64,000 nt of DNA from positions 495 through 64,494 of the forward strand of contig MU626376.1 of NCBI GenBank assembly GCA_025603075.1, in the 5' to 3' direction. The position numbers were made by a program, and so were the translations under genes. Origin of the DNA: Neoconidiobolus thromboides FSU 785. Lineage: Eukaryota; Fungi; Entomophthoromycota. Shown here in pieces: positions 62,119-64,000 of the stretch; positions within the stretch are counted from its first letter, which is position 1, and every line of letters begins with the position of its first letter. The notes below the pieces were generated by a model. That model had not been told where the DNA came from, did not search any database, and saw only the letters and a list, made by a program, of their open reading frames with translations.

Positions 62119-63776
62119 ATTATTACTATTATTTATAATATTCATATGATCCTTATCATTAGTCTCTTTTAACTTCTTATCTTGATTTTTGTTTAATGAA
62201 GCTGTACCATCTACCTGTTCCCAACTAGTCAAATTATAAATATAAACTCTATTTGGGCTTTTAAGAAGTAGCTTAGGAAGCGAGTTTTTCACTATATCAC
62301 TATACCTAGGTCTAGTGATAATATAAAAACCAAGAAAATCTATCAAAAAGTTCTTATAAATAATAAAACATTTAAGTCCATGAAGCAAAAATGTATAATT
62401 TAATTGGCTAAAAGTTGATGTTTGAAATTGAAGCTTGTGAATGTCACTTTGAGAAGTGTTTCCAGTGTAAGAATAAAATAAACTGATCAATTGACTTTGT
62501 AAAACAAAAATCTCTCATAAAGCTAGTATTATAATTTTGTATTTTATGAGAAGTTGAGTCAAATTCGTAAAAAACCATTCATTACTGATTGGCTTTGAGG
62601 CTTTTCTCAATCTTTTGAGAAAATATAACTTATTATCACTAATAAATTGTCAATCTATAAAATTCCCTAAATATGGCTCATAAGTTGGTTCTATTTCTCT
62701 AATTCAGATACTGAATGACATTAAGTTAGGTGCCAAATTTGGAAATTTAGGTGTTAATACTATAAAATCCAAATTCTTTTCATCTTATAAAATGTTAAAC
62801 AAAGTAACCCGTGAAAACTCTTTTTTAGAAAAATGTGTATTACAAATATAATAAATTTTACTAATATCATATTCATCATATTACTCCTTCCTTTCAATAT
62901 TAAAATATCTGCATGAAAATTCTTTTCTCAATTGTTTCAATCAAAATAGACTAATATTTTGTCTCCAATGTAAAATAAAATTTTAAAATCTAATGAATTT
63001 GCCATATTGTATTCCTTCCATTCTACGGTATTGTCAATTGATTTTATCACTTTTTTAAATCTAGTTTAAACGGTTATTTATTTTATATTAATATATTTAA
63101 GTTTGGCATAGAAGTTGCTCCACTCAAATAATATAATTCATCTTCTACTATAGTATATTTATATTTTTAGCATTTTGAAAATCATCAAAATACTAAACAA
63201 AGTTAAAGTAAAAAAACTAATTGGATTTAGTTATAAATATAAAAGCAAATTAGTAAAAAATCATACTCTGGTTCTGAACAGCTGTCGTGTTTTTCAATAT
63301 TTCTATATCAAGTTTAATTTATTAATAAAAAGTATAACTAAGCTAATATATGTGTCGATATTATAATTCTAAAAATTGTTTGCAGCTAAAGCTTGTTTTT
63401 ATGTTACTTTTTATAAACTGCACAGAAACTTAAAGTTTGAATTAATTTCTAAGTAAATTCTGAAACCAATCCGAACAACCCCATATAATTTTAGGAGTAA
63501 AGAGCATTAATCATTATAGCTGTTTAAATTAAGCATGCACTAATTAGCGATGATTTCTATAACTGGCTTCTGAATCATTACGCTGACTCGAAGCTTAATG
63601 CTTAAATGTTTATTTTTAACTGAATAGATAACTAGTGCATACTTAAACTTAAACAGTTGTAAAACAATGAATTAGATTTAGTTAGAAAACTAATTAAATT
63701 CAATTATTGTAAACAGTAATATATTAGCAGAGAATCAGCTTCTAATTAAGATCGTACTAAGTATTATAAGATATAT

Positions 63777-64000
63777 TGTGAAATCTGGTACTCAGGGTTT
63801 GGAGTCAAGAACAGCTATTACTGGGTTGACTACACTATAAGTCCAAAGGTCTTAGTTTATGTGACTAAGATAGACTTGCATTATGAGGAATAGCACGTAA
63901 TAGGTTACAAGCTATATAAGACAAATAGAATAGAGAATACTAATGTAAAATCTATGTAAAATACTATTAAGAAAACTTAGTGGCTTTATTAAATGTTCGA
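63777..64000. mobile_element. LTR family L copy 3 (cut by window end)
   Basis: Begins TGTGAAATCTGG; by eye it differs at one position from the reverse complement of the 61617-62118 copy over the visible 224 bp. Confidence 0.9.

Larger units (their letters stand above)
61318..63170 (-). pseudogene. Decayed Kelch-like type I membrane protein, family copy 7, interrupted by LTR+MITE
   Basis: IVEDELYYLSGATSMPN, DIHKLQFQTSTFSQ, IYNLTSWEQVDG, then after the LTR NNSLIEDTVRGIGGAILIT*VILF..YKYNLKKERLSSFITEPIFI and YNTNIFNYLQE. Confidence 0.85.

Noticed and set aside
2430-63366. Short isolated AT-rich track ORFs (e.g. 2430-2672, 7560-7778, 10869-11069, 33136-33696, 44853-47691, 61173-61364, 63175-63366)
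   Set aside because: They have I/L/F/K/N-biased composition expected by chance in AT-rich DNA, often non-ATG starts, and some run through MITEs.

Overview
Very AT-rich eukaryotic DNA with short GT-AG introns. The gene content is fungal and points to an early-diverging lineage such as Conidiobolus/Entomophthoromycotina (inference). A compact housekeeping core at about 26.2-37.4 kb holds FIG4, HEM13, URM1, a RCHY1/Pirh2-like ligase, a HAL/NPR-type kinase and a CPSF6-like RRM gene. Gene-poor, repeat-rich flanks hold a class IV chitin synthase, a LEA_2-type membrane protein, an F-box protein, an RGS+TM protein, two small homeobox genes, two secreted CE4 deacetylases, about 20 copies of a ~100-bp hairpin MITE and three copies of a TG...CA solo-LTR family. 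The most notable system is a family of Kelch-like, single-pass type I membrane proteins present in 7 copies (1 intact, 6 decayed). Their ectodomains diverge, but they keep a GxxxG-type TM segment and a conserved ~55-aa cytoplasmic module, consistent with a candidate receptor family under birth-and-death evolution. The two homeodomain paralogs also share a ~20-aa C-terminal YW-x-(S/T)TM motif that I do not recognise. No rRNA, tRNA or CRISPR features were seen. All alignments were done by eye, and pseudogene and repeat boundaries are approximate.
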